A DNA stretch of 64,000 nucleotides from Pseudovirgaria hyperparasitica. Taxonomy: Eukaryota. Location: NCBI GenBank assembly GCA_010093815.1, contig ML996568.1; one strand, written 5' to 3'. Numbering within the stretch: position 1 is the stretch's first letter; each line of letters begins with the position of its first letter. Below, one piece after another: positions 20,101-32,468 of the stretch. The notes under the pieces were generated by a model that was not told where the DNA came from, made no database searches, and worked only from the letters and a program-made list of their open reading frames with translations. The position numbers and the translations under genes are program-made.

Positions 20101-22690
20101 TCATCCTCGTTCTCCTGGTGTGGACGGCCTGCGGTCCCTCCATCCGCTATCTCGTCTTCTTTCCTCCGTCAGCTCCACCCTTGGCGAGCTGCTCGGCGCT
20201 GATGCATCCACTGCAAATGAGGACACACCTTTATGGCCGGTACCGCTGCCTCCTTTCGCGTTCGGGGCTGTTGCTCTTCTAAGCAATGGGGAGGGTGCTG
20301 CACGATTATGCTGCTGCGTAGCCATGCCAGATTCACGACCAGACATCGGACCATCCATAGCACTTCTTCGGCCGGCGGTCAGACTCGATTGCGATCCCCA
20401 ATGTTGGTGGTAGGTAGGCGAGGGCGAGGAAGGCGAGTGTCCGTGGTATGGAGTACTCTGAAGTAAACGTGGGCTGTCGCGTGGCAAAGACGTCGGAGAC
20501 GGCGAGAAGCGCGTGTCTGCATCATGAATACCACGGCCACCATCGTAGTACCGATCATCACCAGGGTAGTCTTCGCTGGTGGCGTAGTGTCGATTGTCAT
20601 AATTCTTGTCGTCGTGTGCTTGTGCGAGGTATGCCTCGCCACGGCGCTTTATGGGGCTCTCATCGTATGGATCGAAACCAACACGACGCCGGGCATCACG
20701 ACGAACACGTTGCCGGAGATCAGTATCGCCGCCAGCCCCGACCGTGGACGACTCGGAAAGGAAAAAGGTGAGGAGCTCGTCTGGAATGGCAAGATGAGAT
20801 GTCTGCTGAAATTGCTGTAATGATGTGAGGCGAATGAGCATCTCCAGTAGCGATAGCGAGGTACGAATAATGGGCATAGGCAAGGGGTTGACGGTTGATT
20901 CTTGAGAAGTGTAGGAAGTGTGCTTGTCAGGTGAAAGGATCACTTGCGAGGCGACAGAGTCCTTGCACGGCGTTTGAGGCGTCGGATTTGATGCCGGGGA
21001 ACTGCGGAAGTTGAGTCGAGAAAAAGCAGACATGAGAGTCGGCTCGACGGATGAGCGACGAGACCAAGAGTGCTGGGACGCGGGAGTCCCGGGCTGTGAG
21101 GACGGGATTTCACTTTCGTCCGCATCACCGTCGGAATCTGAGTCTATCGTGTCTTCCGTGTATACTTCAAAGGCGATCCATTCCGGGTCGAGATTAGGAG
21201 GTATTCGTTTCGATTGAACAGATGGGCTTTCTCCTAATAGTGTCTCACTTTGAGGCGTCTGGGGAGCGGGAGATTCTCGGTGCAATTGGGCATCGATTTC
21301 TGATTGCTCGTCCGGGTATTGTGGAGTTGATGGCAGGTCTTGCGGGGGACTTGAAGTGGCATATTCTTCGTATTGGTCTGCCGGAGGTGTCTGGCGTTGC
21401 ATCATTCGACGCGGAGGAATTGCGTTGATGTCCCGTTTAAGTAGGAGGACGGGACTGTTCGTCTCGCTGTCAGTCCCAATATTGAGCAATTTCGATGTGT
21501 CAGCGTAGAATATTTTGGATATCTCGTGTACGGGAATCAACTCGCGTATACCGGGCCTTTCGACACCCTCGTATGGAGCCGCGGGTTCTTCGTCGTCGTG
21601 TACACGACCGTCATCATAGTCTTCTACTATTAGGAGTTGATAAGCATATTCGTATGCTTTGCCGTCGCCAGACATGTTGCCCGCAGTTGCGGACGAGGCA
21701 GAATGCCGTCGACCATTGCGTGAGCACTGTTCTCCTGGGTAGTCATACACCTGATCCAGAGGCACGCGTTGTATCTTCAACCTGGCTTTATGTAAAACCT
21801 CCTGCCAGGTGTACTCTCTGCTACGTTGCTCCTGGGGCACGTGTCCGGCAAACAGCATCCACATCGAGACAATGAAGTCAGGACATATCTGCGCGCCTCG
21901 GGTGGGATTGACAGAGTACTGAGCATCACCTGAAGTGAGTAAGGTACTGGCTTGCAGTAGCCTGGAAGGAGAGATATGATCCGGCATTCTCGTTGTGAAG
22001 TTGACTCCCGAGGTTGCAATTGCTAGATTGATGTCAGGGACTGACCTTTCGATATGCTGAAGAAGATTTTTGATATCCGCAATGATCGATTTCAGCTCCA
22101 TTTGGCTTTGTACTGCAGATTTCGCCCTAGAACTACCTTGCCGTGCCAATTCTTCATCAGCAGCAGCTTTTGATAGGCGGACACCGAGAGTCTGAATGTC
22201 CCAACGCAAAGCTTTCGTCAAAGTAACTGCGGATTCGAGAGTCGTGTTGCCACGAGCTGCCATCATCTCGATCATGTCAATGGATGGAGAGATAATCTGC
22301 CATTGCGGTCAGTGCATGTTGTAGCTATCATCTAGGGTTTATTGACTCTGATTTTGCTTTCCAGACGCATCTGAAGGTTAACCAGCTCTGTCTTATCGCT
22401 GCTGCTCTTGACAGACTATATACAGTTTAGTAAAATGGTAACATTGCATTTCAGCCAAAATCTGTACCTTCAGCAGCCGACCACATTGCTGTATGGCGAA
22501 CCCGCTCGTTATCGTTATGCCAGTTCTGATGGCATAGTTCATAGCCTGCTGGGTCACCTTTGCGCCATGTTAGTATAGGATCATTGCCAAGGTGATGGCA
22601 GTGCCAGCCGCCAGCCCTGGCATCGCGATGGTCCTGGAACCTATTGAAAGGAATGTGCTCATGTCTGACCTTTGAAAGAAGAACCTCCAT
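20101..22690 (-). CDS. YRB30: Fungal RanGTP-binding protein (Yrb30-like), ~791 aa; exons 22690-22670, 22557-22468, 22415-22347, 22296-20101
   Basis: Spliced N-terminus MEVLLSK-VTQQAMNYAIRTGITITSGFAIQQCGRLLK...LESKIR-IISPSIDMIEMMAARGNTTLESA; SPSRLLQAS; SLSLLEMLIRLTSLQQFQQTSHL. All three GT-AG introns keep frame. Confidence 0.85.
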
Positions 22691-23309
22691 CTTGAGCGTA
22701 TGTTGGAGGACTGATATGAGGCCGAGTACGCTCAGGACGCGGAAGATTAGATGGAACAAAGCTATACTGCGTTTTGCAAGCGTCTTCAATGCACGGAATG
22801 CAAATCGCGCCGGAACTCCTTTTGAAATGGCATGGAGCTGGAGGCGAACAAGCTTCTGCGAAGAATAAAGCTGAAGGCGCCCACGTCGGGTGAAAAGATC
22901 ATGCATGCGACAATGTTGTGTACACACGGGGTGTAATGGGGACTAAACGGTCTACTGTGTATATTTAATGTCAAGTCCATCCATGGACCCATGGATTCAT
23001 GTCACGACTAACAGACAAAGCGCGTCCATTGTTTTGTGCAGGAAAAGGGCTTTCACGTGACTGCATAAAGAACATAACTTATGCACAAGTTCCTGCATAG
23101 TGCAGCCTAAGGACTTCCCAGCCTCCCCCGCAGTGCGCAGAGTGTCCCGCGCAGTGAGTCGCCACAATATTTGTGCCCCACCAGACCTTTAGGCTCGAGA
23201 AAATCAGCCCAACTTCTTATAACAACCAGATCTTAGTACAACACCGTCTTCGCATCCAGTCCCTTCATTCATTTCTTTCACTTCGGGAATCACACTATAT
23301 CTCGTCACT

Positions 23310-25490
23310 ATGGCCGACTTGAACTCATGGGAAGAGGACGAGCAGCTCGCTCAGCAGACTCAGCAAAATTTAAACGTGGGAAACCCGCAAACAAACGCTT
23401 TCAGACCAGGAGCCTCTTCCTTCACGCCAGGAGCCCAGTCTTTTACGCCGGGACAGCAGTTCCAGCAATATCCCCAGTATCAACAATACAACTACGGCCA
23501 GCAGACCGGGGGACAACCAGGTTATCCGCAATACCAGCAACAGTATGGTGGTCAGCAGGGGGTCTATTCACAATACAATCAAGCTTACAATCAAAATTAT
23601 AACCAATATGGACAACAGCATCAACAACAGCAGTACGGTGGCTACCAACAGCCACAGCAACCAACACGTGTGATGGCACGGCCACAAGGCAATGACGCTG
23701 CACAATCACCCGCGAACCCATCTACCGAAGCACCCAAAGCGAAGGTCCTCTCGATCGGTGGTGACTCGGCGCCCAAGGCGAAAACACTGTCCATTGGTGC
23801 TGACGGCGGTGCGAAAGTAGAAACTTCAGGAAAGACAAAGGTGCTAAGCATTGGGACGCCCGCAGTGCCCGCAAAAGAGAAGTCTGAGAAGGTGGAAAAG
23901 GCCGAGCAGGCACCGGCGGAAGCAGGGGCTAAAGCTGCTGCAGTTAAGGCTATCGAGAAGACGGGCGAGCCTACCGGAAACGAACCGACGTCTGGGAGGA
24001 CGTCGCCAACTCCTTCGTCGGGTCGTGATAGTCCCACAGGGAAGGAAAAGGCCGCTTTGAAAAAAGAGGCAGATGCCGTCGCGAAAGAGCAGGAAGCGGA
24101 CGTCGATGAAGCGACTCTTGCTGAGATGTACGGCAAGGAGCATGTCAACGTTATCTTCTTGGGACACGTCGATGCTGGAAAGTCGACACTTGGAGGTAGC
24201 ATTCTTTATGCGACCGGCATGGTGGATGAGCGGACCATGGATAAGTACAAGCGGGAGGCTAAAGAGGCGGGCAAAGAAACCTGGTATCTTTCATGGGCAC
24301 TGGATCTGAACAAGGAAGAGCGTGCACAGGGTAAAACTATCGAAGTAGGACGTGGTTTCTTCGAGACAGAGAAGCGAAAGTACTCGGTCTTGGATGCACC
24401 AGGGCATAAAACCTATGTACCAAACATGATTGGTGGTGCATCGCAAGCGGACGTCGGCATCTTGGTCATCTCGGCACGTAAAGGCGAGTATGAGACTGGA
24501 TTCGAAAAAGGCGGACAGACCCGCGAACACGCTATGCTTGCAAAGACACAAGGTGTAAACAAGCTCATTGTGGCCGTAAACAAGATGGACGACGTGACTG
24601 TGGAGTGGAGTGAGGACCGGTTTAAGGAGTGCACAACAAAGCTTGCACTGTACTTGAAGGGTGTGGGTTACAATCCCAAGACTGACATCACATATATGCC
24701 AATATCAGCTCAGGCCACGATTGGTATCAAAGACCGCGTGCCAAAGGAGACTGCGCCCTGGTGGAACGGTCCATCACTGCTCGAATACCTCGACAACATG
24801 CAGACACTAGAGCGAAAGGTCAATGCACCATTCATGATGCCAATAGCTGCCAAATACCGTGATCTCGGGACCATGATTGAGGGCAAAATCGAGTCAGGTG
24901 TCATACAAAAGACGAAGAGTTACCTTATGATGCCTAATCGCGCCACCGTGTCACTTTCAGCGTTATACGGCGAGACTGAAGATGAAATACCACACGCCAC
25001 ATGTGGTGACCAAGTCCGAATCCGAATCCGTGGTGTCGAAGAAGAGGATATTCTACCTGGTTTTGTGCTTTGCTCGCCGAAGCGCCCAGTCCATAATGTC
25101 TCTGCATTCGAGGCACAGATTGTACTCCTTGACATCAAAAGTATTCTGAGCGCAGGATTCAACTGCGTGCTACATGTACACTCAGCAACCGAGGAGATTA
25201 CATTTACGAAACTGTTGCACAAACTTGAGAAGGGCACTGGACGCAAGAGCAAGAAAGCTCCAGGATTCGCCACCAAGGGTATGTCCATCATCGCTCGGTT
25301 GGATATTACTGGTGGAGCAGGCTCGGTGTGTGTTGAGAGATATGAAGAATATCCACAGCTTGGACGATTCACATTGCGTGATCAGGTGAGTGACTTGCGA
25401 TGTACATGATATCGTCAACAGGACTGACCACAATTTCAGGGACAAACAATCGCCATCGGCAAGATCACAAAGCTGATCACCGAGCCTTGA
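23310..25490 (+). CDS. SUP35: Eukaryotic peptide chain release factor GTP-binding subunit eRF3 (Sup35), ~708 aa; exons 23310-25385 and 25440-25490
   Basis: GHVDAGKST, DAPGH and NKMD GTPase motifs; Q/Y/G/N-rich N domain; GRFTLRDQ|GQTIAIGKITKL across intron 25386-25439 (GTGAGT...CTGAC...CAG). Confidence 0.97.
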
Positions 25491-25878
25491 ATCATGGAGA
25501 CTTGGTTATGATACACCATTGCATGTCTCGAGTAAGGGCTCATTGAAGCATAGAGGTTGGAGACCATGCATGAATATGGAGCATGTTCAGGAGTACTCGT
25601 CATGCCTTTTTTGGGGTATGATCAGGTTAAGATAGACAAGTTTCAAAAAATAGTCAAACATATTTTGAGCGTCATCGGCGTTACATGGGTTGATATTGAG
25701 CTTGCAAGCAGGAAGCTGAGCAGCGTATCGTGCCGTGCACAGACAAAGCAGATAACAGATATGATCTGAATATATTCAAAAAGATTTCACGCTAACTCGG
25801 GGGTATAGAACGCCAACCTAATGCTAATACCAACACGCCGTTACCATGCGTCCAGAAGCCCAAGCAGCACTTATTCAA

Positions 25879-26898
25879 TCATTCTGACTCGTAAGCCACG
25901 AGCGCGGATGCTGTCATCTCCTTGTCTGATTCCTGGTTGCTCGTAGAGACGAGAGACTTCTTGATTCCCAAGAACGGCCTTACTGGCTTGGGAGTTTTGC
26001 TGATTCGGAAAGGATCCAGTGCCGCACGTGTATTTCCCTGTAGCTGTTTCTGAAGCTTGACTTTCCTCCCAGCAGCCTCTTTCTTTGCCTTCGTGAGACC
26101 AATCATAACACCTTCTTTCGCATCCGAATCAGCCAAGGCGAATAGAGGTTTCGCAGCAAGGTCTTCGCCATCCGCAGCGCCAAACTCAATAAGCCCCGCG
26201 CGCGCACGATCACCCTCCGTCTCATCCACAATCTCAAACTCCTCTCCAAACCCATACCTATCCCGTATCCTCCCCCGCTCCTCCTCCTGCCCAGCCCTCA
26301 CCTTCCGATCCTTCCTAAACCCGCTCCTCAGCCTCTTACTCGCCGCATACGGATCCTTCCAGTCCTTCTCCCGCGCAGCATACAACTCCTCCACCCTCTC
26401 CCTACTCTCCCGCACCTTCGCCTTCTCCTCCACCTTGCCCTCCAAGCTCGCAAACGCATCGCTCCGCCTCTTCGCCCGCTCCTCCTCGCTCAGAAACCTG
26501 CCCTCACCTACCCCTCCCTCTTCATCATCAGCAGAAGCAGCAGCAGCCCCATAATCCCGCTTCCGGCCGCCCTCGTACACCACATAGTCTGCCCTGCCCG
26601 GATCCGTACGGATCTCGACCGCGCCCCCGCACACGCTGTGCTTCATGCGGAAGCTCCAGATCGGCGTGGAGAAGTACATGCCGATCTTCTTCTTTTCGGC
26701 ATTGAAGCGTACGCCTTGTGGGATGATGGTTTCGGCGGGGCAGTGCGCGCACCAGACGTGGAAGGGCATCTCGAAGCGGACGATTTGCGAGCCGGCTGGG
26801 GTGCGCTTTTGGGTGGTCTTGAGGGTTGAGGAGGAGTTGAAGCGGGGCGGGGAGGTGGTGGAGGGCGGGTAGTACCGGCCCATGTTGAAGCCCTGCAT
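25879..26898 (-). CDS. Saf4/Yju2 (CWC16/CCDC130) family splicing factor, 339 aa, intronless
   Basis: MQGFNMGRYYPP start; VRFEMPFHVWCAHC; GVRFNAEKKKIGMYFSTPIWSFRMKHSVC; IRTDP; coiled-coil middle. Confidence 0.9.
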   Translation of the reverse strand: MQGFNMGRYYPPSTTSPPRFNSSSTLKTTQKRTPAGSQIVRFEMPFHVWCAHCPAETIIPQGVRFNAEKKKIGMYFSTPIWSFRMKHSVCGGAVEIRTDPGRADYVVYEGGRKRDYGAAAASADDEEGGVGEGRFLSEEERAKRRSDAFASLEGKVEEKAKVRESRERVEELYAAREKDWKDPYAASKRLRSGFRKDRKVRAGQEEERGRIRDRYGFGEEFEIVDETEGDRARAGLIEFGAADGEDLAAKPLFALADSDAKEGVMIGLTKAKKEAAGRKVKLQKQLQGNTRAALDPFRISKTPKPVRPFLGIKKSLVSTSNQESDKEMTASALVAYESE

Positions 26899-27454
26899 TG
26901 CGGCGGTTTGGGACGCGCAGGGCGTGGGAATGTTAGGGTGTGTTTACGCGGTTGTGGGTTGTTGTGTTGAAGAAGTGTCGGCGGCGTAATGGAGTTGTAG
27001 AATTCCAGGTTGGTGCTTAGAAGGGTCCACGCCAAGCTATCTATCTAGCCAATCAAATTTGTTTTAGTGGCACTAGTGCCCTTGTAGTCAAGCCTTAGTC
27101 GAGGAATGGTTATCAATACTGCAGAAAGATTATACTGAAATTGTCATCGACATTGCTAAGCTATACACGTAACTATACTGATAATATTGCATTGAATGAT
27201 ATGGCCTATTGTGTTCCTGCTATGTCCCAGGCTTGCTCGATTCAGAGATTCTTGAGCCAGACTTATATCAGGCATGCCTCCAGTCATGAAGAAGAGGAGA
27301 GTGTCGGCCAGCCAAACGCCCCTTGAAATACCCAGATCCCGAAGCCAGTTCTCCTGAATAAAACACCGGAGCCTATTGCGGCTAGACAAAACCAATGAAA
27401 ATTGCTTATACGCTATAGAATGCTGGGACTCGTATGTGACCCCAAAAGACGACT

Positions 27455-28012
27455 TCAGATCTCGTCCATGTTTCCCGTTGGCTCTTCATCGCCGGACTCG
27501 TAGCTCCCGACAGAGCTCATCTCGTCGTCCTCCCCGCTATCCTCGTCGGCCTCATCAGCAGCATCTTTGGAGGCGTATTTGACCACATATTCCTTGACTT
27601 TCGCGTCGTAGCTCTTTGGCTCTCGCATGAGCAAAGCCGCTGCTTCGCCGTTGAGTGGATCCGTCGGATTTGGGTAACGAAGGAGTTGAGGCAGGAAGAC
27701 TTCGAAGATATTGACCATGTCGTACATGGGCGACCATGTTTGGTTGATAACATCGAGACAGACAGAGCCGGACAGCTCATCAATGTTGGGATGGAATATA
27801 CGGTTTACGAAGCCAATACTGGGACTCTTGTATGGGTACTGGTCAGGTAGTTCAACATGGATCTTCCAGAGACCACCTTGGAATGGTGTCTCTTCAGGAC
27901 CCTTGAACCGAACGTAGAACTCTTGCATGTTGTCATTGACCAGAGTTACCTCATAGTCGCTCATTAGCATCTTCATGACATCTGTCTCGATCCGACGCTT
28001 CGGACTGCTCAT
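27455..28012 (-). CDS. UBC8: Ubiquitin-conjugating enzyme E2 Ubc8/UBE2H (GID complex E2), 185 aa, intronless
   Basis: [54 protein letters not shown] with the catalytic Cys; acidic tail. Confidence 0.96.
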   Translation of the reverse strand: MSSPKRRIETDVMKMLMSDYEVTLVNDNMQEFYVRFKGPEETPFQGGLWKIHVELPDQYPYKSPSIGFVNRIFHPNIDELSGSVCLDVINQTWSPMYDMVNIFEVFLPQLLRYPNPTDPLNGEAAALLMREPKSYDAKVKEYVVKYASKDAADEADEDSGEDDEMSSVGSYESGDEEPTGNMDEI

Positions 28013-29183
28013 CTTGCCGCCTCTAATATGTTTCGTGTCTGGCTGGCTCGATGGATTACAAGGACGGAAGTAAAGACGTGATCGATATCGAAGGAGGCTC
28101 TTCTACAGTATATCCCTCTCTGGCTCTGGCCGGCTTCAGAGACTTCGTAAGTTAGGTATTCTCCTGCTGGTGGCGCTGTGTTGAGGTCAAATGAGTACCG
28201 TGATCGGAAAATGGCTGCTTAGGAAAGCTTCGTTGCGATCTAGGCTCCAGGAGGCTGTGAGTGCTGTGGCTAAGGCAGTTTGTAGCTGGCGAAGAAGTCA
28301 AGCAGGACAAGGACAGATGTGGTGGATTGAGTATGTGATAGATAGAAGAGCTGTAGGAGTCAGAGTGCTTGAAACGTGGATGATGGACACGGCGGGCTGC
28401 GGGTATGGTCTACCTAGCTGGTCAGGGAAGTCGTCACGCAAGCAAGGAGGCACGGGCAGATCGATGTTAACGCCGTCTCTCTGTCGGTCATACTGTCGGT
28501 GCGCAGTGGGGAAGAGACAGGAGACCGCATGACCGTACATCACGTGGAGCAATCGGATAAGGACTCTAATTACTGTTCTTGTTACGGAACATACTGACAG
28601 ATGATTCGCAGGTCTGATTTGCGCATTGAAGCCCGACAATGGCAGCTAAAGGTCCCGCCGCAGTTTCATGAGGATCTTGGGAGGGGCCGGGATGAGGGGG
28701 ATAATTATAAGGCATCCAGGCGATAAGGCCAAATATAAGGCAGCTATGTGCTAATGCGTGCGCGTGTTGTCGCGTTGCTGGGAAACGCAACTTGGCGGCA
28801 GCTGCCTAGAACAGAACTCTGTATACTGGGACGGACGAGCGACCACACACTGCATCACCAACATATATCTAGCTATTCCTAGGTCTACAGCGCATTCTGG
28901 CTGAACGGTATGTGATTCACAGCTCTTTTGCTGCCTTCTACCATACAATTCCTCATTGCAATGATCGATCCTAATTGCGTCACCCCAATATAGGCATCGT
29001 AAATTCCAGCCTACCGGGGGCCCTTTTCGTCCGCGAAATACTCTGCACTCGCCAGAAAAGCCCCGATTTCCGTCTCCACGGTATCCTGTCCGGCTGTCGG
29101 TCGAGTTTCATCACTCCGAAAGCAGCACAAGCAGCGACACTTGCATCAGTACCACAACTTCGCGGAACAATCACAGAAAGAGG

Positions 29184-32100
29184 ATGGCGAACGATCCGAG
29201 GCAGAAGAGCAATGTGCCTCTTCAACCATCATCGTCGACAAATCTCAACGCTCGTGTGGAGACACCAGAATTTGGCAAGACCAGTCCGATACGCAATCCT
29301 CTCAACAGGGCGAACAACTACAACCACGTTTTCAATGTTCCAAAACCTGGACAGCCACGGGCAGAGCACCACCGTGCTCATCCGCCAGCACAAAAGGCAC
29401 CAACTACCCCAGAAAGCCCGTTCACACCCGAGGCGAGCAGTACACCGTGGAATCGGGCTGCGCCGCGACCACTGGGCGCAGACGTGCCAACAATGTCTTG
29501 GGATTCGATGAAATTCCCGGACGTGATGGAAATACCACGCCCAGCAAACTTCCCAATAGCCCCTAAAGCGAAGCCCGTGCCTATATCAAGACCAACGAAT
29601 CCTGCACAGTATGATTCGGTTCGGATCATCCCCATGCATCCCGTTCATGCTTCTTCGCAGATTCCTGTCGATTTGACGCACAGGGACGAAGATGACAGTT
29701 TTGATCCCAACGCAGCTCTGCAGGATGATCGATTTGGTGCCCCTGATCCGTTGATGTACGTTGATGCCGCGAAAGCGAGTGAAAACATCAAGGCTTTGCT
29801 GGAGGGTGCTTTTGAGAATGATGATGATGATCAGCCCAAGATGCGACTACGAAAGAGGAAGCAAGCAACGAAAAAGACAGACGAGCTGGAATCGCTTGCC
29901 AACAAGCTGAACGCCCTGAAGGTCAAGGCAGAGTCACAAAAAGACGAAGCCGATGAAGAAGAGGACGAGGAAGATGACGGATCGGTCGAGGGCCTGAAGG
30001 TCAAATTGCTTCCGCATCAAGTTGCCGGTGTTACTTGGATGCTAGACAAAGAGGCCGGCGTACGCAAGAAGAACGGGGTCCTTCCTAAAGGCGGCATTCT
30101 GGCCGATGACATGGGTCTTGGTAAAACGATACAGTCACTTGCCCTCATCTTACAGAATCCCAGGCCATCAGAAGAGGAGCTTTCAAAAGACCCCAAACGC
30201 AAGATTGCTCAGGACGTAGCCAAATGCACACTAGTGGTAGCACCGCTTGCGCTAATCAAGCAATGGGAATCAGAAATCAAGACCAAAATCCAATCTGGAT
30301 ATGAACTTAAAGTCCTTGTCCATCACGGCCCTTCTAGGACGAAGCGCGCTGCGGAGCTCAAGAAATACGATGTCGTAGTCACGACTTATCAAATTATGGC
30401 ATCAGAACATGCAAATAGCGAGGCGGATGGCAAAGGCATTCAAACTGGCTGCTTCGGCGTCAACTGGTATCGTATCATCTTGGACGAAGCGCATACTATC
30501 AAGAATCGGAACGCAAAAATGACGCAGGCCTGCTACGCTTTGAGATCGCATTACCGATGGTGTCTCACTGGAACCCCAATGCAGAATAATCTTGATGAAC
30601 TCCAGTCTCTCATCCGATTCCTTCGCATTAAGCCATATAACGAGATGGTCGCTTGGAAGGATCAGATTACCGGCCCCATGAAGAACGGACGTGGAGGACT
30701 CGCGATGAAGCGGCTTAATTTCTTTTTGAAAGCCTTCATGAAACGTCGAACGAAGGATGTTTTGAAGGAGGAAGGCGCTCTGGTTCCAGGCGGCAAGGTC
30801 AAAGAAGGTGATGACACACCTAAGTTCAAGATCGTAGAGCGCAAAGTTGAAATAGTTGTTTGCAAGCTGAATGGTAGTGAGAGGCGTTTCTACGATCGCC
30901 TGGCCGATCGTGCAGAAAGTCGACTCAAAGAGATGATGGGTGCGGAGAAGCAGGACTATATTGGTGCTTTGGTTCTACTTCTTCGACTGCGCCAGGCCTG
31001 CAATCATCCAGAGTTGATGACGTACTCGCTGAAAAGAGATAAGGATGCTCTGACTACCGGCTCCAAGCCTGATAATCAATCAGCCCAAGGCTCAACTAAG
31101 GATGACTTGGACGACCTTGCCAATATGCTTGGAGGTCTTGCAGTCGAAACTAAGCAATGTGACGTGTGTCAAGTGGATATGTCGAAAGATGAGACCGCTT
31201 CTGGAGCAGTGCGCTGCACAGACTGCGAGAGCGACCTTAAAGCTCAGAGGAGACAGCATAAAAAGAAGAAGCGGGATTTGAAGAAGTCGAAGAAAACTCC
31301 AGAAGATTGTACTGGCAACGACATCGCTGGCAGTGAAGACGAAGACGAGGCTGAAGATGCAGCTGTTAGTAAGAGCTCTGGCGCCAAAACAAACCGACGA
31401 CGTCGAGTTGTTACTGACAGCGATGACGATGACGATGAAGGCGAGTGGATTGTCCCTGAGAGCGACCGACAGAAAATAGATCTAGGCAAAGCCGGTGGAA
31501 CCGACGATGAAGACGCAGAAGGAGGTGGTGATACGCTTGGCTCAGTTGACTCTGTGAGCGATGAATCCGGAGAAGAGGACGATTCCTTCATCTCGCAAGA
31601 CAGCGCCATAAAACACAAAGCACATACAGCTAACGAGGAAGAAGCGTCAGACAATCAAAGCGGCAGTGAGGATGATGACAACGATTCGTCCACAACTGAC
31701 GATTCCGATGAGTCTGTGGTGGCATACCAAGGCAAGAAGAGTATGCACATTGAAGCGTCAAGTAAGATTCGTGAGCTTCTTGCGATCCTGCACAGGGAGT
31801 CCCCTTCACACAAAGTCATTGTCTTCTCACAGTTCACTTCTATGCTCGACCTCATTGAACCATTCCTACGGCGGGACCGTTTCAATTTCGCACGTTACGA
31901 CGGTGGTATGCGTAACGATCTGCGCGAGGCTAGTCTAGAAAAGCTTCGCAACGATGAGCGTACAAGAGTTCTGCTTTGCAGTTTGAAATGTGGAAGCTTG
32001 GGCCTCAACTTGACTGCAGCAAGCAGAGTTGTCATTGTCGAGCCTTTCTGGAATCCCTTTGTTGAAGAACAAGCTATCGACCGAGTACACCGTCTGAATC

Positions 32101-32468
32101 AAACAGTAGATGTGTTAGTATACCGCTTAACCGTTGACAAAACGGTCGAGGAGCGCATTATCGAGTTGCAGGAATCCAAGCGTAAACTTGCGGCAGCTGC
32201 AATAGAAGGTGGTAGCAAGAAGGGTATTAACAAGCTCGACATGAAGGACATTATGAATCTTTTCAGACATGATGCACATCATGACGCTTCACACGAAGAT
32301 CCTAGAAACCAGGAATACCTTGTTCCGACGAAAGTGTTGAGCCAAGCTGAAGATGGAACCCAGTATGGCCATAGTACTGGAAGGGGTATCACACCTCCGA
32401 GGTTGAACGCGGCCAAGGACAAAGGCAAGACGAGGATGGCAGAGCATCCAGTCTATGGCAGGCGCTGA
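29184..32468 (+). CDS. SNF2-family ATP-dependent helicase/ATPase (Ris1/Uls1/Rad5-16-like), 1094 aa, intronless
   Basis: GGILADDMGLGKT (Walker A), IILDEAH (Walker B), CLTGTPMQN, LRLRQACNHP, VIVFSQF, GSLGLNLT, QAIDRVHRLNQ. Confidence 0.93.
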   Translation: MANDPRQKSNVPLQPSSSTNLNARVETPEFGKTSPIRNPLNRANNYNHVFNVPKPGQPRAEHHRAHPPAQKAPTTPESPFTPEASSTPWNRAAPRPLGADVPTMSWDSMKFPDVMEIPRPANFPIAPKAKPVPISRPTNPAQYDSVRIIPMHPVHASSQIPVDLTHRDEDDSFDPNAALQDDRFGAPDPLMYVDAAKASENIKALLEGAFENDDDDQPKMRLRKRKQATKKTDELESLANKLNALKVKAESQKDEADEEEDEEDDGSVEGLKVKLLPHQVAGVTWMLDKEAGVRKKNGVLPKGGILADDMGLGKTIQSLALILQNPRPSEEELSKDPKRKIAQDVAKCTLVVAPLALIKQWESEIKTKIQSGYELKVLVHHGPSRTKRAAELKKYDVVVTTYQIMASEHANSEADGKGIQTGCFGVNWYRIILDEAHTIKNRNAKMTQACYALRSHYRWCLTGTPMQNNLDELQSLIRFLRIKPYNEMVAWKDQITGPMKNGRGGLAMKRLNFFLKAFMKRRTKDVLKEEGALVPGGKVKEGDDTPKFKIVERKVEIVVCKLNGSERRFYDRLADRAESRLKEMMGAEKQDYIGALVLLLRLRQACNHPELMTYSLKRDKDALTTGSKPDNQSAQGSTKDDLDDLANMLGGLAVETKQCDVCQVDMSKDETASGAVRCTDCESDLKAQRRQHKKKKRDLKKSKKTPEDCTGNDIAGSEDEDEAEDAAVSKSSGAKTNRRRRVVTDSDDDDDEGEWIVPESDRQKIDLGKAGGTDDEDAEGGGDTLGSVDSVSDESGEEDDSFISQDSAIKHKAHTANEEEASDNQSGSEDDDNDSSTTDDSDESVVAYQGKKSMHIEASSKIRELLAILHRESPSHKVIVFSQFTSMLDLIEPFLRRDRFNFARYDGGMRNDLREASLEKLRNDERTRVLLCSLKCGSLGLNLTAASRVVIVEPFWNPFVEEQAIDRVHRLNQTVDVLVYRLTVDKTVEERIIELQESKRKLAAAAIEGGSKKGINKLDMKDIMNLFRHDAHHDASHEDPRNQEYLVPTKVLSQAEDGTQYGHSTGRGITPPRLNAAKDKGKTRMAEHPVYGRR

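Noticed and set aside
27069..27080. 12-bp palindrome GGCACTAGTGCC upstream of saf4
   Set aside because: Palindromes this short are expected by chance in 64 kb.
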